A DNA stretch of 64,000 nt from contig CP064982.1 of NCBI GenBank assembly GCA_016699595.1, positions 572,340 to 636,339 on the forward strand, in the 5' to 3' direction. Shown piece by piece: positions 47,840-58,705 of the stretch. The notes beneath the pieces are model-generated. The model searched no databases. It worked only from the letters and a program-made list of their open reading frames with translations, and had not been told where the DNA came from. This stretch comes from a bacterium (GTDB taxonomy: Bacteria > Patescibacteriota > Dojkabacteria > GCA-016699595). Position 1 is the stretch's first letter. Every line of letters starts with the position of its first letter. Made by a program: the position numbers and the translations under genes.

Positions 47840-48495
47840 TTGAACTTAAAAACATCAAAAAGAAATACAAAATTGGAGATGGTTATTATGAGGCTTTGCG
47901 TGGTATAAACTTGAAAATTGAAGAAGGTGAATTTGTAGCACTTATGGGACCATCTGGTTCTGGAAAGTCTACAACAATGCATATAATCGGCGCACTTGAT
48001 AAACCAAGTTCTGGAGAATATATATTTAATGGAAGAAATATAGCTAAATATAGTGATAATGAATTATCCAAAGTTCGAAATTCTGAAATGGGATTTGTAT
48101 TTCAAAGTTTCAACTTACTTCCAAAGTTATCTGTAATTGACAATGTCTTGCTTCCATTTGAATATAGCAATAATGCTTCAGATTCTCAAAAAAAAGCTTT
48201 TGAAGCACTAGCTCGAGTTGGACTTCGAGAAAAGGCGGATAATATGCCAAATCAAATTTCAGGAGGTCAAATTCAAAGAGTAGCTATAGCAAGGGCTTTG
48301 GTAATGAACCCAAAGATCATACTAGCTGATGAACCTACTGGAAACCTTGATACCAAAACTAGTATTGAAGTTATGAAAATCTTTCAAGAGTTGAATGATG
48401 CGGGAAATACTATAATTCTCGTAACTCACGAACCAGATATAGCAAAGTTTGCAAAAAGAACAATTCATTTGAAAGACGGAGTTGTAGTCGAATAA
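47836..48495 (+). CDS. ABC transporter ATP-binding protein (MacB/LolD-type)
   Basis: Walker A GPSGSGKST, signature ISGGQIQRVAIARAL, Walker B ILADEPTGNLD. Confidence 0.9.
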   Translation: MIELKNIKKKYKIGDGYYEALRGINLKIEEGEFVALMGPSGSGKSTTMHIIGALDKPSSGEYIFNGRNIAKYSDNELSKVRNSEMGFVFQSFNLLPKLSVIDNVLLPFEYSNNASDSQKKAFEALARVGLREKADNMPNQISGGQIQRVAIARALVMNPKIILADEPTGNLDTKTSIEVMKIFQELNDAGNTIILVTHEPDIAKFAKRTIHLKDGVVVE

Positions 48496-48500
48496 AATAT

Positions 48501-49229
48501 ATGCCTAAGGTAGTGTTTCAACAAAACCCAGAATTTGATCTGAAAGCGACACTCGATTTGCTCAAAAATGACCCAAGTGGTGTTGATTCAAGACTTAAAA
48601 GCATGAATGCACCAGTAGATATTTTTGATGAAAAAAAAGGAAAAATAGATAGTACAAAGTTATCTGCATACTTTCTAAAAACTTATACTGAATGCCAACA
48701 AATATTGGAGAACAATGTACCTAAATATCTTAAAGCTTGGAATAAAATAAACGATAAATTTTTTAACAGGTTAAATTCTATCATCAATCTAGATTGGCCA
48801 CATAATGATTATATAGTAAATTTAAGTCCGATTACTGAAGGTATCTCTGAATTTAAAGATAATCAAATAATTACTATAGGATTAGCTGAACCTGCTTATC
48901 AGATGAGAATCACAGCGCATGAACTTACTATGATTTTTATATGGCATTATTTATTTCGCAATTTCCCAGAATCTAACGAGTATGCAAAACCAGATATTTG
49001 GTATAAATATTGGGGAGTAAATGAAGTAATAACAAATGCATTACTTGGGCTTGACTCTGAACTTAATTCTCTTTGGACTGATGAATCAAAAGGAGATGAC
49101 TTTCTATTAAATTACCCTCAATTAACAGAACTAAAATCATTAGTTAGAGAGAAATATAATAAATCAAGTTTCGAAGAATTAGTCAGATTCGCTGTTGCAA
49201 ATCAAACTCATGTTCAAGCTGATAAATAA
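48501..49229 (+). CDS. hypothetical protein inserted between the ABC ATPase and permease genes
   Basis: 242-aa ORF with no recognisable motif. It overlaps the permease start by 20 nt. Confidence 0.45.
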   Translation: MPKVVFQQNPEFDLKATLDLLKNDPSGVDSRLKSMNAPVDIFDEKKGKIDSTKLSAYFLKTYTECQQILENNVPKYLKAWNKINDKFFNRLNSIINLDWPHNDYIVNLSPITEGISEFKDNQIITIGLAEPAYQMRITAHELTMIFIWHYLFRNFPESNEYAKPDIWYKYWGVNEVITNALLGLDSELNSLWTDESKGDDFLLNYPQLTELKSLVREKYNKSSFEELVRFAVANQTHVQADK

Positions 49230-50424
49230 TTCACTAAAAAACCTAAAACACAACAAGGGAAGAACTACTTTGACATTACTTGGAATAGTTATTGGAATAT
49301 TCTCAGTTGTCACTTTGTTGAATTTAGGAAAAGCTGCACAAAGATATATCGAGGATGAAATTTCATCTTTCGGATCAGATTTGTTGAATATTGTTGCTGG
49401 CAACAATACTAGATCGCCATTCAATCAATCAAATAGAAGTTTATCAGATAATTACTTTTCCCAAACTGAAGTTGAAAGTTTTCTAAATTTAAGTAAAAAA
49501 TATATAGCAGCTGCAGTAGAAGAAATTAGCACCACAGCAAATATACAGTACAAAGAAAAGACCCTAAATTCACAGGCAATAAGAGGTGCAACTAAAGATT
49601 ATTTTTTTGTGAGGGGTTACACACTTAAATATGGGAGAGAAATCAACCTAGAAGATAATCAAAACTTCAAAAGGGTGATTATACTTGACGAGGACACTTC
49701 AAATGATATTTTCGGAGATGATATAAACCCCATTGGTAACAATCTAAGGATAAATGGTACTACATACAGAGTAATCGGAGTAAAGGCAAAATCGGATGGA
49801 TTCTTGAGTTTCAGTGAATCATTTATTCCTTTGTCAACATTAAGAAAGTTTGTTGATCAAGATCAAGACACATTATCAATCTCGATGAAAGCTATTGATA
49901 GCGAAAATGTTGACAATGCAAAATTAGAAGCAGAAACACTGCTTCGCAAAGTTCGCAGATTGGACGATACAAAAGAAAGTAACTTCACCATAAACACTTC
50001 TCAAGATGCGCTTGAAACCTTCAACAATGTAACAAATCTATTGACTATTTTTCTTGCCGCAATTGGTGGAATATCACTTCTAGTTGGAGGAATTGGAATT
50101 ATGAATGTGATGTTGATTACTGTTAAAGAACGAACCAAGGAAATCGGACTTCGTAAAGCAATCGGTGCAAATGCCAGGGATATATTTTTACAGTTCTTAG
50201 CTGAATCTATAACTGTAACATTACTTGGTGGTTTAATCGGACTTGGATTAGGAATTGCAGTATTTTATATAGTTTCCAAAGTTGCGAGTTTAAGCTTTGA
50301 ACTTGATCCAATTTCTGTGATATTGCCAATTATAGTTTCAAGTTTAATTGGGATAATATTTGGTATTTATCCGAGTGTCAAAGCTTCGAAAATGAGTCCA
50401 ATTGAAGCGTTGAGATATGAGTAA
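49210..50424 (+). CDS. ABC transporter permease (MacB/FtsX family)
   Basis: N-terminal TM, large periplasmic domain, C-terminal FtsX-like four-TM bundle (LVGGIGIMNVMLITVKERTKEIGLRKAIGA). The ATG at 49210 is preferred. Confidence 0.8.
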   Translation: MFKLINNSLKNLKHNKGRTTLTLLGIVIGIFSVVTLLNLGKAAQRYIEDEISSFGSDLLNIVAGNNTRSPFNQSNRSLSDNYFSQTEVESFLNLSKKYIAAAVEEISTTANIQYKEKTLNSQAIRGATKDYFFVRGYTLKYGREINLEDNQNFKRVIILDEDTSNDIFGDDINPIGNNLRINGTTYRVIGVKAKSDGFLSFSESFIPLSTLRKFVDQDQDTLSISMKAIDSENVDNAKLEAETLLRKVRRLDDTKESNFTINTSQDALETFNNVTNLLTIFLAAIGGISLLVGGIGIMNVMLITVKERTKEIGLRKAIGANARDIFLQFLAESITVTLLGGLIGLGLGIAVFYIVSKVASLSFELDPISVILPIIVSSLIGIIFGIYPSVKASKMSPIEALRYE

Positions 50425-50426
50425 CT

Positions 50427-51032
50427 TTAAACTTTATTAATAAATTTAAAAATTTCTGCTGAGTAAAATGTCAAGCTCAAAAATATACTCATCAAATGTT
50501 CTATACTAAATATTTCTATGTTCTGAACATTATCAACTTTAGAACATTCTTTTGGAACTAACTCATCTCCAAATTTTGCACTTATACTTAGTATCTTTTC
50601 TTTCTGACAATTCTCAATATCTTTCAATTTATTCTCACAACTTAAACCTGATTCTCTAAATAATTTACTAGTTTTTGCTCTTAACTGAAAGTTAGTGTCT
50701 TGCCCTCTTTTCAATCTTCCACAAATATTTACAACCTTATGAAAATCATTTGGGTATGAAAAGTATGTATTCAAAGCTAAACTTCCTCCAGCACTAACAC
50801 CTATCAAAGTTATTCTTGAGCTGTTTATCGATTCATTGATCAACTTGTCTCTCAATGATTTTATTTTGTGTATCTCATTTGATAATGTTAAATTTGAATT
50901 TACCCAATCAACTGAGATTATGCTTACATCATACCCAATATACTTCCAGAAGGAAGTAATGATACTATAATACTTTGTATCATTACCAAGTCCAGGAATT
51001 ATTATTATTTTATCTTTTGATATTTTTTTCAT
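50427..51032 (-). CDS. alpha/beta-hydrolase (serine esterase/lipase-like)
   Basis: IIIIPGLGND..., nucleophile elbow GVSAGGSLA. The likely start is MKKISK (51032). Confidence 0.6.
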   Translation of the reverse strand: MKKISKDKIIIIPGLGNDTKYYSIITSFWKYIGYDVSIISVDWVNSNLTLSNEIHKIKSLRDKLINESINSSRITLIGVSAGGSLALNTYFSYPNDFHKVVNICGRLKRGQDTNFQLRAKTSKLFRESGLSCENKLKDIENCQKEKILSISAKFGDELVPKECSKVDNVQNIEIFSIEHLMSIFLSLTFYSAEIFKFINKV

Positions 51033-51465
51033 AAAGAAAAATCCATTCATTTGCACTCATCTTTCTCACTAGTTCTCCAATTAATTCATATGGTATATCA
51101 TCTAAATTCTTGAACCTAATGCAACTTTTTCCCATATCCAATTTTGATTTACAAACTTTCGCATATTCACTCTGAAACCAATTGAGTAATTTAGAATCGG
51201 CATATAAACCCATATGATAAAAGTTTATCGAATTTTTCTGATTCGCTAGTGCAAGAAACGGAAGTGGAAGTTTTGGATCGCAGTAATATCCTTCAGGAAA
51301 TATCGAATGAGGAACAACATAACCTATCATTCCATAATTCATACATTCTTCAAACTTATCTGGTAAATTCGAAAGAATAGTTTCTCTCAATTTCAAGAAT
51401 GTAGTTTTTCTATCTTCAGGAAGTTCATTTAAATATTGACTTACTGTAGTTGCTTTACTTTGCAT
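51010..51465 (-). CDS. DUF1801/YdhG-like protein
   Basis: 151-aa ORF. Its length and secondary-structure pattern resemble YdhG-family proteins. The assignment is weak. Confidence 0.4.
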   Translation of the reverse strand: MQSKATTVSQYLNELPEDRKTTFLKLRETILSNLPDKFEECMNYGMIGYVVPHSIFPEGYYCDPKLPLPFLALANQKNSINFYHMGLYADSKLLNWFQSEYAKVCKSKLDMGKSCIRFKNLDDIPYELIGELVRKMSANEWIFLYEKNIKR

Positions 51466-51940
51466 TTTTGTAAATTGCTTTGATTCTTTCTTTTGCTGAT
51501 TTCAAAACTTCTTTATCATTATCAAACTTTAACTTTTCTATAGCTTCATCAATTTGAAATATCTCAACTTTCTGTTGAATTCCAACTTCTGTTTCAGTTA
51601 AATTTACTTCTTTTCTACTATTTTTATCTACTTCAGCAAGAAACCAATAAATTTTCTTTTCATGCCAAAATCCATCTTCCCAAGGATAACTTATATTCTC
51701 TTCAGTTAGAAACTCTTGAACTTTTATATTTTGAAATCCAGTTTCTTCAATTGATTCACAAACTGCAGTTTGCTCTATAGTTTCAGCTGGTTCAATATGA
51801 CCTTTTGGCATAAAGTAGCCCAAATTACTTTCTGACCAAGATTTAAATATCAATATAGTATAAATTTGCAAGTTCTCTTTGAAGTACAAAACGCATCCAG
51901 CAGTTTCATGCTTTTGAATTGGAAGGTTGTTTGGATTCAT
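51455..51940 (-). CDS. NUDIX hydrolase
   Basis: Nudix box GHIEPAETIEQTAVCESIEETGF. Confidence 0.7.
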   Translation of the reverse strand: MNPNNLPIQKHETAGCVLYFKENLQIYTILIFKSWSESNLGYFMPKGHIEPAETIEQTAVCESIEETGFQNIKVQEFLTEENISYPWEDGFWHEKKIYWFLAEVDKNSRKEVNLTETEVGIQQKVEIFQIDEAIEKLKFDNDKEVLKSAKERIKAIYKNAK

Positions 51941-51950
51941 AGGAATTAAA

Positions 51951-52024
51951 TAGTCGCTAGAGGATTCGAACCTCTGACCCTCTCAGTGTAAATGAGATGC
52001 TCTAGCCAACTGAGCTAAGCGACC
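51951..52024 (-). tRNA. tRNA-Val (anticodon UAC)
   Basis: Minus-strand sequence ggtcgcttagctcagttggctagagcatctcattTACactgagagggtcagaggttcgaatcctctagcgacta. Confidence 0.8.
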
Positions 52025-52127
52025 TAAAAAGTATATTTGATGATATCATATTCTCAAACTTTTGGAAAGAAAAACTTCAAGAATTTGAGCAGAAGTCTCT
52101 CAAAATTTTTGCTAGAATACCTCAGTT

Positions 52128-55100
52128 ATGAGTTTTGTACATTTGCATTTACATACAGAATATTCACTTCTTGATGGGTTAATCAAGATTAAACCACTTG
52201 TGAAAAGACTAAAAGAGATGAATATGAATGCATGTGCCATGACAGATCACGGCAACATGTATGGATTATACGAATTTTGGAGCGAGTGCAAAAAAAATGA
52301 TATCAAACCAATACTAGGTTGCGAAGTTTATGTAGCCCCTTTTTCTAGGTTTGACAAAGATTCAAAGAGGGACAAGAAAAGATATCATCTTACATTACTT
52401 GCAAAAAATCAAGTTGGTTACCACAACCTGATCAAGATCACATCCTACGGACATACTGAAGGATTCTATACTAAACCACGAGTTGACAGGGAAATTCTTG
52501 AAAAGTATAGTGAGGGCATCATTGCGACAACTGGTTGCGCCGCAAGCCCTGTAAACCGCAACCTATTACATGGCAATATTGAACTAGCTTACACATGGGC
52601 AAAGTTTTTCAAAAAAATATACGGAGAAAATTTTTATTCTGAAATCCAAAGGAATGGGGTTGAGGAGCTTGAGAACGCAGTTCCTACAATGATTAAGCTT
52701 GCAAATGATCTTGGACTCAAAGTAATTGCTACTTGTGATGCTCATTATTTGAACAAGGGTGAATCAAGCGTACAAGAGATAAATTGGTGTATACGGGATG
52801 CTAAACTTCTGAGCGACCCGAATAGAAACAAAAAGTGGTCGGAAGAGTTTTATGTCAAGTCTCCAGAAGAAATGTTTCAGTTATTTGCGGATATACCTAC
52901 AGCGATAACCAATACACAAGAGATTGCTGACTCAATTGAGTTTTATGATATAAAGTACGATAGGGTACAGCCATTGTATCCAAATAAAATATCGGGTATT
53001 TCTGCATTTCAAATGTTGAAATCACTTTGCTATATTGGAGCCAGCCTGAGATATCCTATTGACCAAAATGAAACTGACTATGAAAAGGAAAATGTACAAC
53101 TTTGGTGGGAGCCACAGGATGAAATAAATCAAATTTTTACCAAAGCATTGAAATATGAAAGTACTTATTCTGAAATTATTGATAGAACGAAAGCAATACC
53201 AGAGCTAGAAATTAGATTGTCAAAGGAAATTAAAGACAGACTAGATTTTGAATTGGAAATCATACATGACAAAGGTTATGATGACTACTTTTTAGTAGTT
53301 GCAGACTTTATGAATTGGGCAAAAGCTCAAAGAATGACGGTTGGGGTCAGAGGATCGGTTGCTGGAGCATTGGTTGCTTATACTTCGGGAATTACTGATA
53401 TTGATCCTTTGAGGTGGAAACTTTACTTCGAGAGATTTCTAAATCCAGAAAGACCTTCCCCTCCAGATATTGATTGTGACTTACAAGATGATAGGAGGAC
53501 AGAAATCATTGAGTACATTGAAAATAAATATGGGCAAGAGAATTGCTCTCTAATACTGGCACTTGGAAGATTGAAAACTAGAGCTGCAATTAAAGATGTG
53601 AGCAGAGTTATGGGAATTCCACTTGCAACTGCTGATAAATTATCAAAAATGGTAATTGTAGTGTTTGGACAACCTTTCAAAGCTGAAAAGATGATGAGTG
53701 AGGTTCCAGATTTTGCAGATCTAGTAAATTCAGACCCCAGATTGATTGAGATGATCGAAACTGTAAAAAAGATTGAGGATATGCCTAGACAAGCTGGAGT
53801 TCATGCCTGTGGCATGCTTATAACTCCACACCCGGTTGTTGAGTATGCTCCTCTACAATTGGATAGTGAAGGACGTGTCACATGTCAACTTGAAATGAAA
53901 CCTATCGAAGAGATGGGACTTATGAAGTTTGATCTTCTTGGGCTTGCAAACTTTACGATAATCTCCAAATGCATTAGCCTAGTCAAAGAGTATCATAATA
54001 TTGAAATTGACATATTGAATATTCCGCAAGATGACCCAGTAACTTTTGAATTGTTGAAGAAGGGCAATACTGACTCAGTATTTCAGTTGGAATCTTCAGG
54101 TATGAAAAAGTACCTGAAAGAGCTACAGCCAACAACTGTCGATGATTTATGCTTCATGGTTGCTGTTTATAGGCCTGGTCCAATGCGATTTATCACGCCA
54201 TATATCAAAAGGAAGTACGGACAAGAGAAGGTTGATTACTTGATACCTGAACTTGAACCGATATTGAAAAATACTTATGGACTTGCAATTTATCAAGAAC
54301 AAGTTATCAGAATTGCAGTAGATATAGCAGGGTATAGTATGGGTGAAGCAGATATGTTGCGTCGAGCTATGGGAAAGAAGATTCATGAAATAATGGAGGC
54401 AGAAGGGAAAAAGTTTATTGATAAATGTGTAAAGAAGGGTTATTCTCAAGAGATCGCAGAAGCATTGTACAACTATATGAAGCCATTCGCTGATTATGGA
54501 TTCAACAAAGCACATGCTGCACAATATGCAATGATTGCCTACCAGACTGCATATTTGAAAGCTAACTATCCAATTGAATTCATAACTGCATGTTTGCAAG
54601 TTGAAATAAGCGACAATAAAAAATTAAAACAAAATATCCAAACTGCCATTCATATGAATTTGAAAGTATTGCCACCAGATATAAATAGTTCTAGCATTAG
54701 TTTTACAATCGAAAATGGAAATATAAGGTTTGGACTTGGGGGTGTCAAAGGTATTTCTCACAAAGCAATCGAGGAGGTTATCAATATCCGTAACGAGTCT
54801 GGAAGTTTTGCAAATTTGGATGATATGATTGAACGAGTTGGTACTGAGAATTTAACTCAAAGTACTGTAGAGATTTTGATCAAAATTGGAGCGCTTGATT
54901 CATTTGGCAATCGAAAGCAACTTCTCAAGATTGTACCTGCCATCATGCAGAGAAATAAGAAAACTGGCAAAGATACTTTTGCTCAAGACTCTCTTTTTGC
55001 ATTTGACGAACTTGCAGTAAGAAAAACAAATTTTGTTACACCACTTGAAGCAACCGAAGATTTTGAAGATAAACAAAAGATTTCTTGGGAAAATGAGTAT

Positions 55101-55898
55101 CTAGGAACATTTTTCTCAAATCATCCATTAACGAAATTTCAAGACATTTTTGACAATAAAAACTATCTAACTGTACAAAAAATTCTTGAGAGTAAGTCAG
55201 GAAAAAAGATAAGAACCCTGCTACTAGTCAAAAGTATAAAGAAAATTCGCACAAAAAGAGACAATAAAGAGATGGCATTTTTGCAACTCGAAGATCTGAA
55301 TTTACAAATTGAATCTGCTATATTTAACTCAATATGGGAAAAAGTAGGGAAAGAAGACTATATAAAAGCAGGTGAGGTTTATGAAATCACAGGTAAACTC
55401 TCAGAGCGTGAACGTAAGAATACCATTGCAGATGAAACTGCCCAAGATGAAGTTGAAAAGAGTTTGATAATTGATGAGATGAAGTTGATAAACGACTTTG
55501 ATGATTTGAGTATTGGGCTTGATAAAATTCAAAAAAATGACAGCGATGATAGAGCTGACACTGATGGTACTTCTGATTATGAATATGGTGAGGAGGATAT
55601 ACCTCCAGAATATATTGATTATAATACCTCAGCTACTGTGGCTGATGAATCAGTAGAAATATCTCAAAAAAGCATTAGTTCAAAAGTTAGAAAAGCTATA
55701 CTTGATCTGACAGGGATTAAGGACAAGGATTTGCTAAATAAAATTAAAGAATGCATACAAAGTAATCCAGGGAGCTATAAAATCGAACTCTTGTATGAAA
55801 CTAACGGAGAGAGGATTGTAAGACAAATCCGAAATGGCATAAATATAGATAATAATGATGTACGAAGTACCTTGAATAATGTGTTAAAATGGGAATAA
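52128..55898 (+). CDS. dnaE: DNA polymerase III alpha subunit with a C-terminal acidic extension
   Basis: PHP domain MSFVHLHLHTEYSLLDG. Polymerase core motifs (GVHACGMLI, FDLLGL). OB-fold region. 1256 aa. Confidence 0.95.
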   Translation: MSFVHLHLHTEYSLLDGLIKIKPLVKRLKEMNMNACAMTDHGNMYGLYEFWSECKKNDIKPILGCEVYVAPFSRFDKDSKRDKKRYHLTLLAKNQVGYHNLIKITSYGHTEGFYTKPRVDREILEKYSEGIIATTGCAASPVNRNLLHGNIELAYTWAKFFKKIYGENFYSEIQRNGVEELENAVPTMIKLANDLGLKVIATCDAHYLNKGESSVQEINWCIRDAKLLSDPNRNKKWSEEFYVKSPEEMFQLFADIPTAITNTQEIADSIEFYDIKYDRVQPLYPNKISGISAFQMLKSLCYIGASLRYPIDQNETDYEKENVQLWWEPQDEINQIFTKALKYESTYSEIIDRTKAIPELEIRLSKEIKDRLDFELEIIHDKGYDDYFLVVADFMNWAKAQRMTVGVRGSVAGALVAYTSGITDIDPLRWKLYFERFLNPERPSPPDIDCDLQDDRRTEIIEYIENKYGQENCSLILALGRLKTRAAIKDVSRVMGIPLATADKLSKMVIVVFGQPFKAEKMMSEVPDFADLVNSDPRLIEMIETVKKIEDMPRQAGVHACGMLITPHPVVEYAPLQLDSEGRVTCQLEMKPIEEMGLMKFDLLGLANFTIISKCISLVKEYHNIEIDILNIPQDDPVTFELLKKGNTDSVFQLESSGMKKYLKELQPTTVDDLCFMVAVYRPGPMRFITPYIKRKYGQEKVDYLIPELEPILKNTYGLAIYQEQVIRIAVDIAGYSMGEADMLRRAMGKKIHEIMEAEGKKFIDKCVKKGYSQEIAEALYNYMKPFADYGFNKAHAAQYAMIAYQTAYLKANYPIEFITACLQVEISDNKKLKQNIQTAIHMNLKVLPPDINSSSISFTIENGNIRFGLGGVKGISHKAIEEVINIRNESGSFANLDDMIERVGTENLTQSTVEILIKIGALDSFGNRKQLLKIVPAIMQRNKKTGKDTFAQDSLFAFDELAVRKTNFVTPLEATEDFEDKQKISWENEYLGTFFSNHPLTKFQDIFDNKNYLTVQKILESKSGKKIRTLLLVKSIKKIRTKRDNKEMAFLQLEDLNLQIESAIFNSIWEKVGKEDYIKAGEVYEITGKLSERERKNTIADETAQDEVEKSLIIDEMKLINDFDDLSIGLDKIQKNDSDDRADTDGTSDYEYGEEDIPPEYIDYNTSATVADESVEISQKSISSKVRKAILDLTGIKDKDLLNKIKECIQSNPGSYKIELLYETNGERIVRQIRNGINIDNNDVRSTLNNVLKWE

Positions 55899-56812
55899 TG
55901 TCAAATTCAATAATAGTTCAAAAACTTTCAAAATTTTACGATGAGTTTCAAGCCGTTAAAAATATAAGTTTCACTGTTGAAAAAGGAGGCTTATTTGCAT
56001 TTGTTGGTCCAAATGGAGCTGGTAAATCAACTACAATAAATATTTTATCAACAACTCTTGGAGATTATAAGGCTGATAATATTTTGATTAATAATTTCAA
56101 ACTTGGGTTAGAAGATGACAAAATCAGAAATAGTATAGGCATCGTTTTTCAAACATCAATTTTAGATAATCTTCTAACTGTCAAAGAAAATTTAAAGATT
56201 AGATCAGAATTATATAACTTGAGTAATAATATTTTTCAACAAAGACTAGATTATCTTTCTGAAATGATTGGAATGAAAGATATTTTAGAAAAATATTATG
56301 GTAAATTATCTGGTGGCCAGAAAAGACGAGTTGATATAGCAAGAGCTTTGTTACATGAACCTGAAGTTTTATTCTTAGATGAACCAACTACCGGACTTGA
56401 TCCACAAACAAGGGTCAAAGTTTGGGAGGTTATAGATAAAATTAGAAAGGAAAAACAAATGACTATATTTCTTACAACTCATTATATGGAAGAAATAGTA
56501 AATGCAGATAAAGTTGCAATTATAGATAATGGACAAATAATTGCTCAAGATACTCCAATGAGTTTGAAACAGAAATATGCAAGAAGTATATTGAGATTAG
56601 CTCCAAAGAATTTGAAAGATTTTATGAATGATCTGAAGAAAAGTAATGTTGAATTTCAACAAAATGCAGATACACTAGAAATTCAAACTCAAAACTGTTT
56701 TGAAGCATTTGATTTAGTAAATAAATTTATGATTGAACTAGAGAGTTTTGAGATTATTGAAGGAAATATGGACCAAGTCTTTATAAATCTAACAGGAAAA
56801 CAAATAAGATGA
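55898..56812 (+). CDS. ABC transporter ATP-binding protein (ABC-2 subfamily)
   Basis: Walker A GPNGAGKST, signature LSGGQKRRVDIARAL, Walker B LFLDEPTTGLD. Its start overlaps the dnaE stop (TAATG). Confidence 0.85.
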   Translation: MSNSIIVQKLSKFYDEFQAVKNISFTVEKGGLFAFVGPNGAGKSTTINILSTTLGDYKADNILINNFKLGLEDDKIRNSIGIVFQTSILDNLLTVKENLKIRSELYNLSNNIFQQRLDYLSEMIGMKDILEKYYGKLSGGQKRRVDIARALLHEPEVLFLDEPTTGLDPQTRVKVWEVIDKIRKEKQMTIFLTTHYMEEIVNADKVAIIDNGQIIAQDTPMSLKQKYARSILRLAPKNLKDFMNDLKKSNVEFQQNADTLEIQTQNCFEAFDLVNKFMIELESFEIIEGNMDQVFINLTGKQIR

Positions 56813-57684
56813 ACCAAATTCTAACTTTAACGAATCGAAATTTCAAATTATTTCTCAGAAACAAGTCAGCTGTATTCTTCTCCTTTCTTTCGGTTTTAAT
56901 TATTTTAGTATTATATATTTTATTTTTAGGTAAAACGCAAGTTGATGCAGTTAAATCAACTATTGGAAATGTAGTTGGAATAGAAAACTTAGTCAATAGT
57001 TGGCTTATGGCTGGAATTATTTTTATTGCAACTGTTACTGTGGCTTTCGGTGTTTTAAGCAGATTTGTTGAAGATCGAGAAGATAAAAAAACTTCAGATT
57101 TTTTGGTAACTCCCGTAAATAGAATCAAAATTGTTTTTTCATATGTTTTATCTACTGTAACAATTTCAAGCTTATTATCAATAATACTTTTTCTCTTAGC
57201 TGAAATTTACATAATTTCTCAAGGTGGAAGCTTATTAAGTAGTATTAGAATTATTGAAATGTTGATTTTGATTGTAGTGTCATCGATTCTTTCGAGCACA
57301 ATTTTACTTTTTATTATTTCATATTTGAGAAATATGCAATCAGTTGGAATTATTAATGGGATTATGAGTGCCTTCTTAGGTTTTTTATCAGGTGTTTATA
57401 TGCCAATTGGGATTATGCCAAATTTTGCTCAAACTATTGCAAACATACTTCCAACTTCACATATTGCATCAATTGCAAGACAAATTTTTCTAGATGATTC
57501 TATCAAGAAAGTTTTTAACAATGCTCCAACCAACATTATTGATACTTACAGAAAAACAAATGGAATAGATTTGTATTTTCTAGATCATAAAATTAGTTTT
57601 GGCACCTCTTTTTTGATAATAGTAATAACAATAATAATATTCACAATTCTTAATATTGTAAGATTTAGAAAACTAAAAGATTAA
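56809..57684 (+). CDS. ABC-2 family transporter permease
   Basis: Six TM segments. Overlaps the ATPase gene by 4 nt. Confidence 0.7.
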   Translation: MNQILTLTNRNFKLFLRNKSAVFFSFLSVLIILVLYILFLGKTQVDAVKSTIGNVVGIENLVNSWLMAGIIFIATVTVAFGVLSRFVEDREDKKTSDFLVTPVNRIKIVFSYVLSTVTISSLLSIILFLLAEIYIISQGGSLLSSIRIIEMLILIVVSSILSSTILLFIISYLRNMQSVGIINGIMSAFLGFLSGVYMPIGIMPNFAQTIANILPTSHIASIARQIFLDDSIKKVFNNAPTNIIDTYRKTNGIDLYFLDHKISFGTSFLIIVITIIIFTILNIVRFRKLKD

Positions 57685-57720
57685 AAGTTAATAGGCATAA
57701 TAATATAATTTAAAACGACT

Positions 57721-58347
57721 ATGAAACATATTTACTTAGTCCGACACGGACAAACTGACGCAAACAAAAATAAAATTTGGATCGGAGCTAGATCACAGTA
57801 TAAACTTAATGACGATGGAAGAAAAGAAGCCGCATATGCTGGAGCTAAACTTCGAGAATTTGAACTTGATGCAACTGAAATATATGCATCCCCAGTTGAG
57901 AGAGCATTTCAAACTGCAAAAATCGTTCAAAGTAAACTTGCCCTACCAATTGTTCCAATTCCAGATTTATCTGAAATGTTTTTTGGTGATCTTGAAGGTT
58001 ATGATGAACAAAAGTTTGAAACTGATTTTCCACTTGCATATGCAGAATGGCTCAAAAGTTCACTTGATTTTTATCCGCCAAATGGAGAATCTGGAAAAAG
58101 ATTTTATGTTAGAGCAATTGAAGCTATCACTGAAATTTCAACTACAGCTAAAACTCAAGATGTAATAATCATAACTCATTCTGGAATTATAAAAATGTTT
58201 TTAGCTAATATTTTGCAAATTGATTTAAATGTTGGTTGGAGAAACCTTGAACTACCAGAAACTTCTACCGGATCAATTACGAAGATATTGATGAATGATA
58301 GTAAATTCAGCTTTTTAGAAAATATCAATATTGGAATTGATGGTTAA
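57721..58347 (+). CDS. histidine phosphatase family protein (phosphoglycerate mutase-like)
   Basis: IYLVRHGQTDANKN (RHG catalytic motif); later IITHSGII. Confidence 0.75.
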   Translation: MKHIYLVRHGQTDANKNKIWIGARSQYKLNDDGRKEAAYAGAKLREFELDATEIYASPVERAFQTAKIVQSKLALPIVPIPDLSEMFFGDLEGYDEQKFETDFPLAYAEWLKSSLDFYPPNGESGKRFYVRAIEAITEISTTAKTQDVIIITHSGIIKMFLANILQIDLNVGWRNLELPETSTGSITKILMNDSKFSFLENINIGIDG

Positions 58348-58705
58348 AATCTATAATTTTTGAAATTGTTTTTAATTTTTGATGAATTACAGCATCATAA
58401 ACTTGCATACTTCTAATTTTTTAAACTATTTTCTTGTATATATTTTTTGCAAGCTAGTATTAATTTTTTTTGTTTCAAATTAAATTCTTGTTTATCTAAA
58501 TTTTTTCTCAACTTAGTTGCTTGAATATTTTGCTTGTCATAATCAACTTTAGAATTAGTAATCTAAATATCAACATTAAACGCAATCTTTTCTATTTTAT
58601 CAATCAATGAAATATAAATTCCCATTGGTAAATGTGGTTTATATTTATACAGAAAGTTTTGATAACTAAGGTACTTAAACTTCTCCTGGTTAATAATCTC
58701 AGAAA

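Noticed and set aside
58348-58705. AT-rich 360-bp gap before the cassette array as a decayed toxin or immunity gene
   Set aside because: Translations in all frames are short and show no similarity to neighbouring modules. This is probably just intergenic or promoter DNA.
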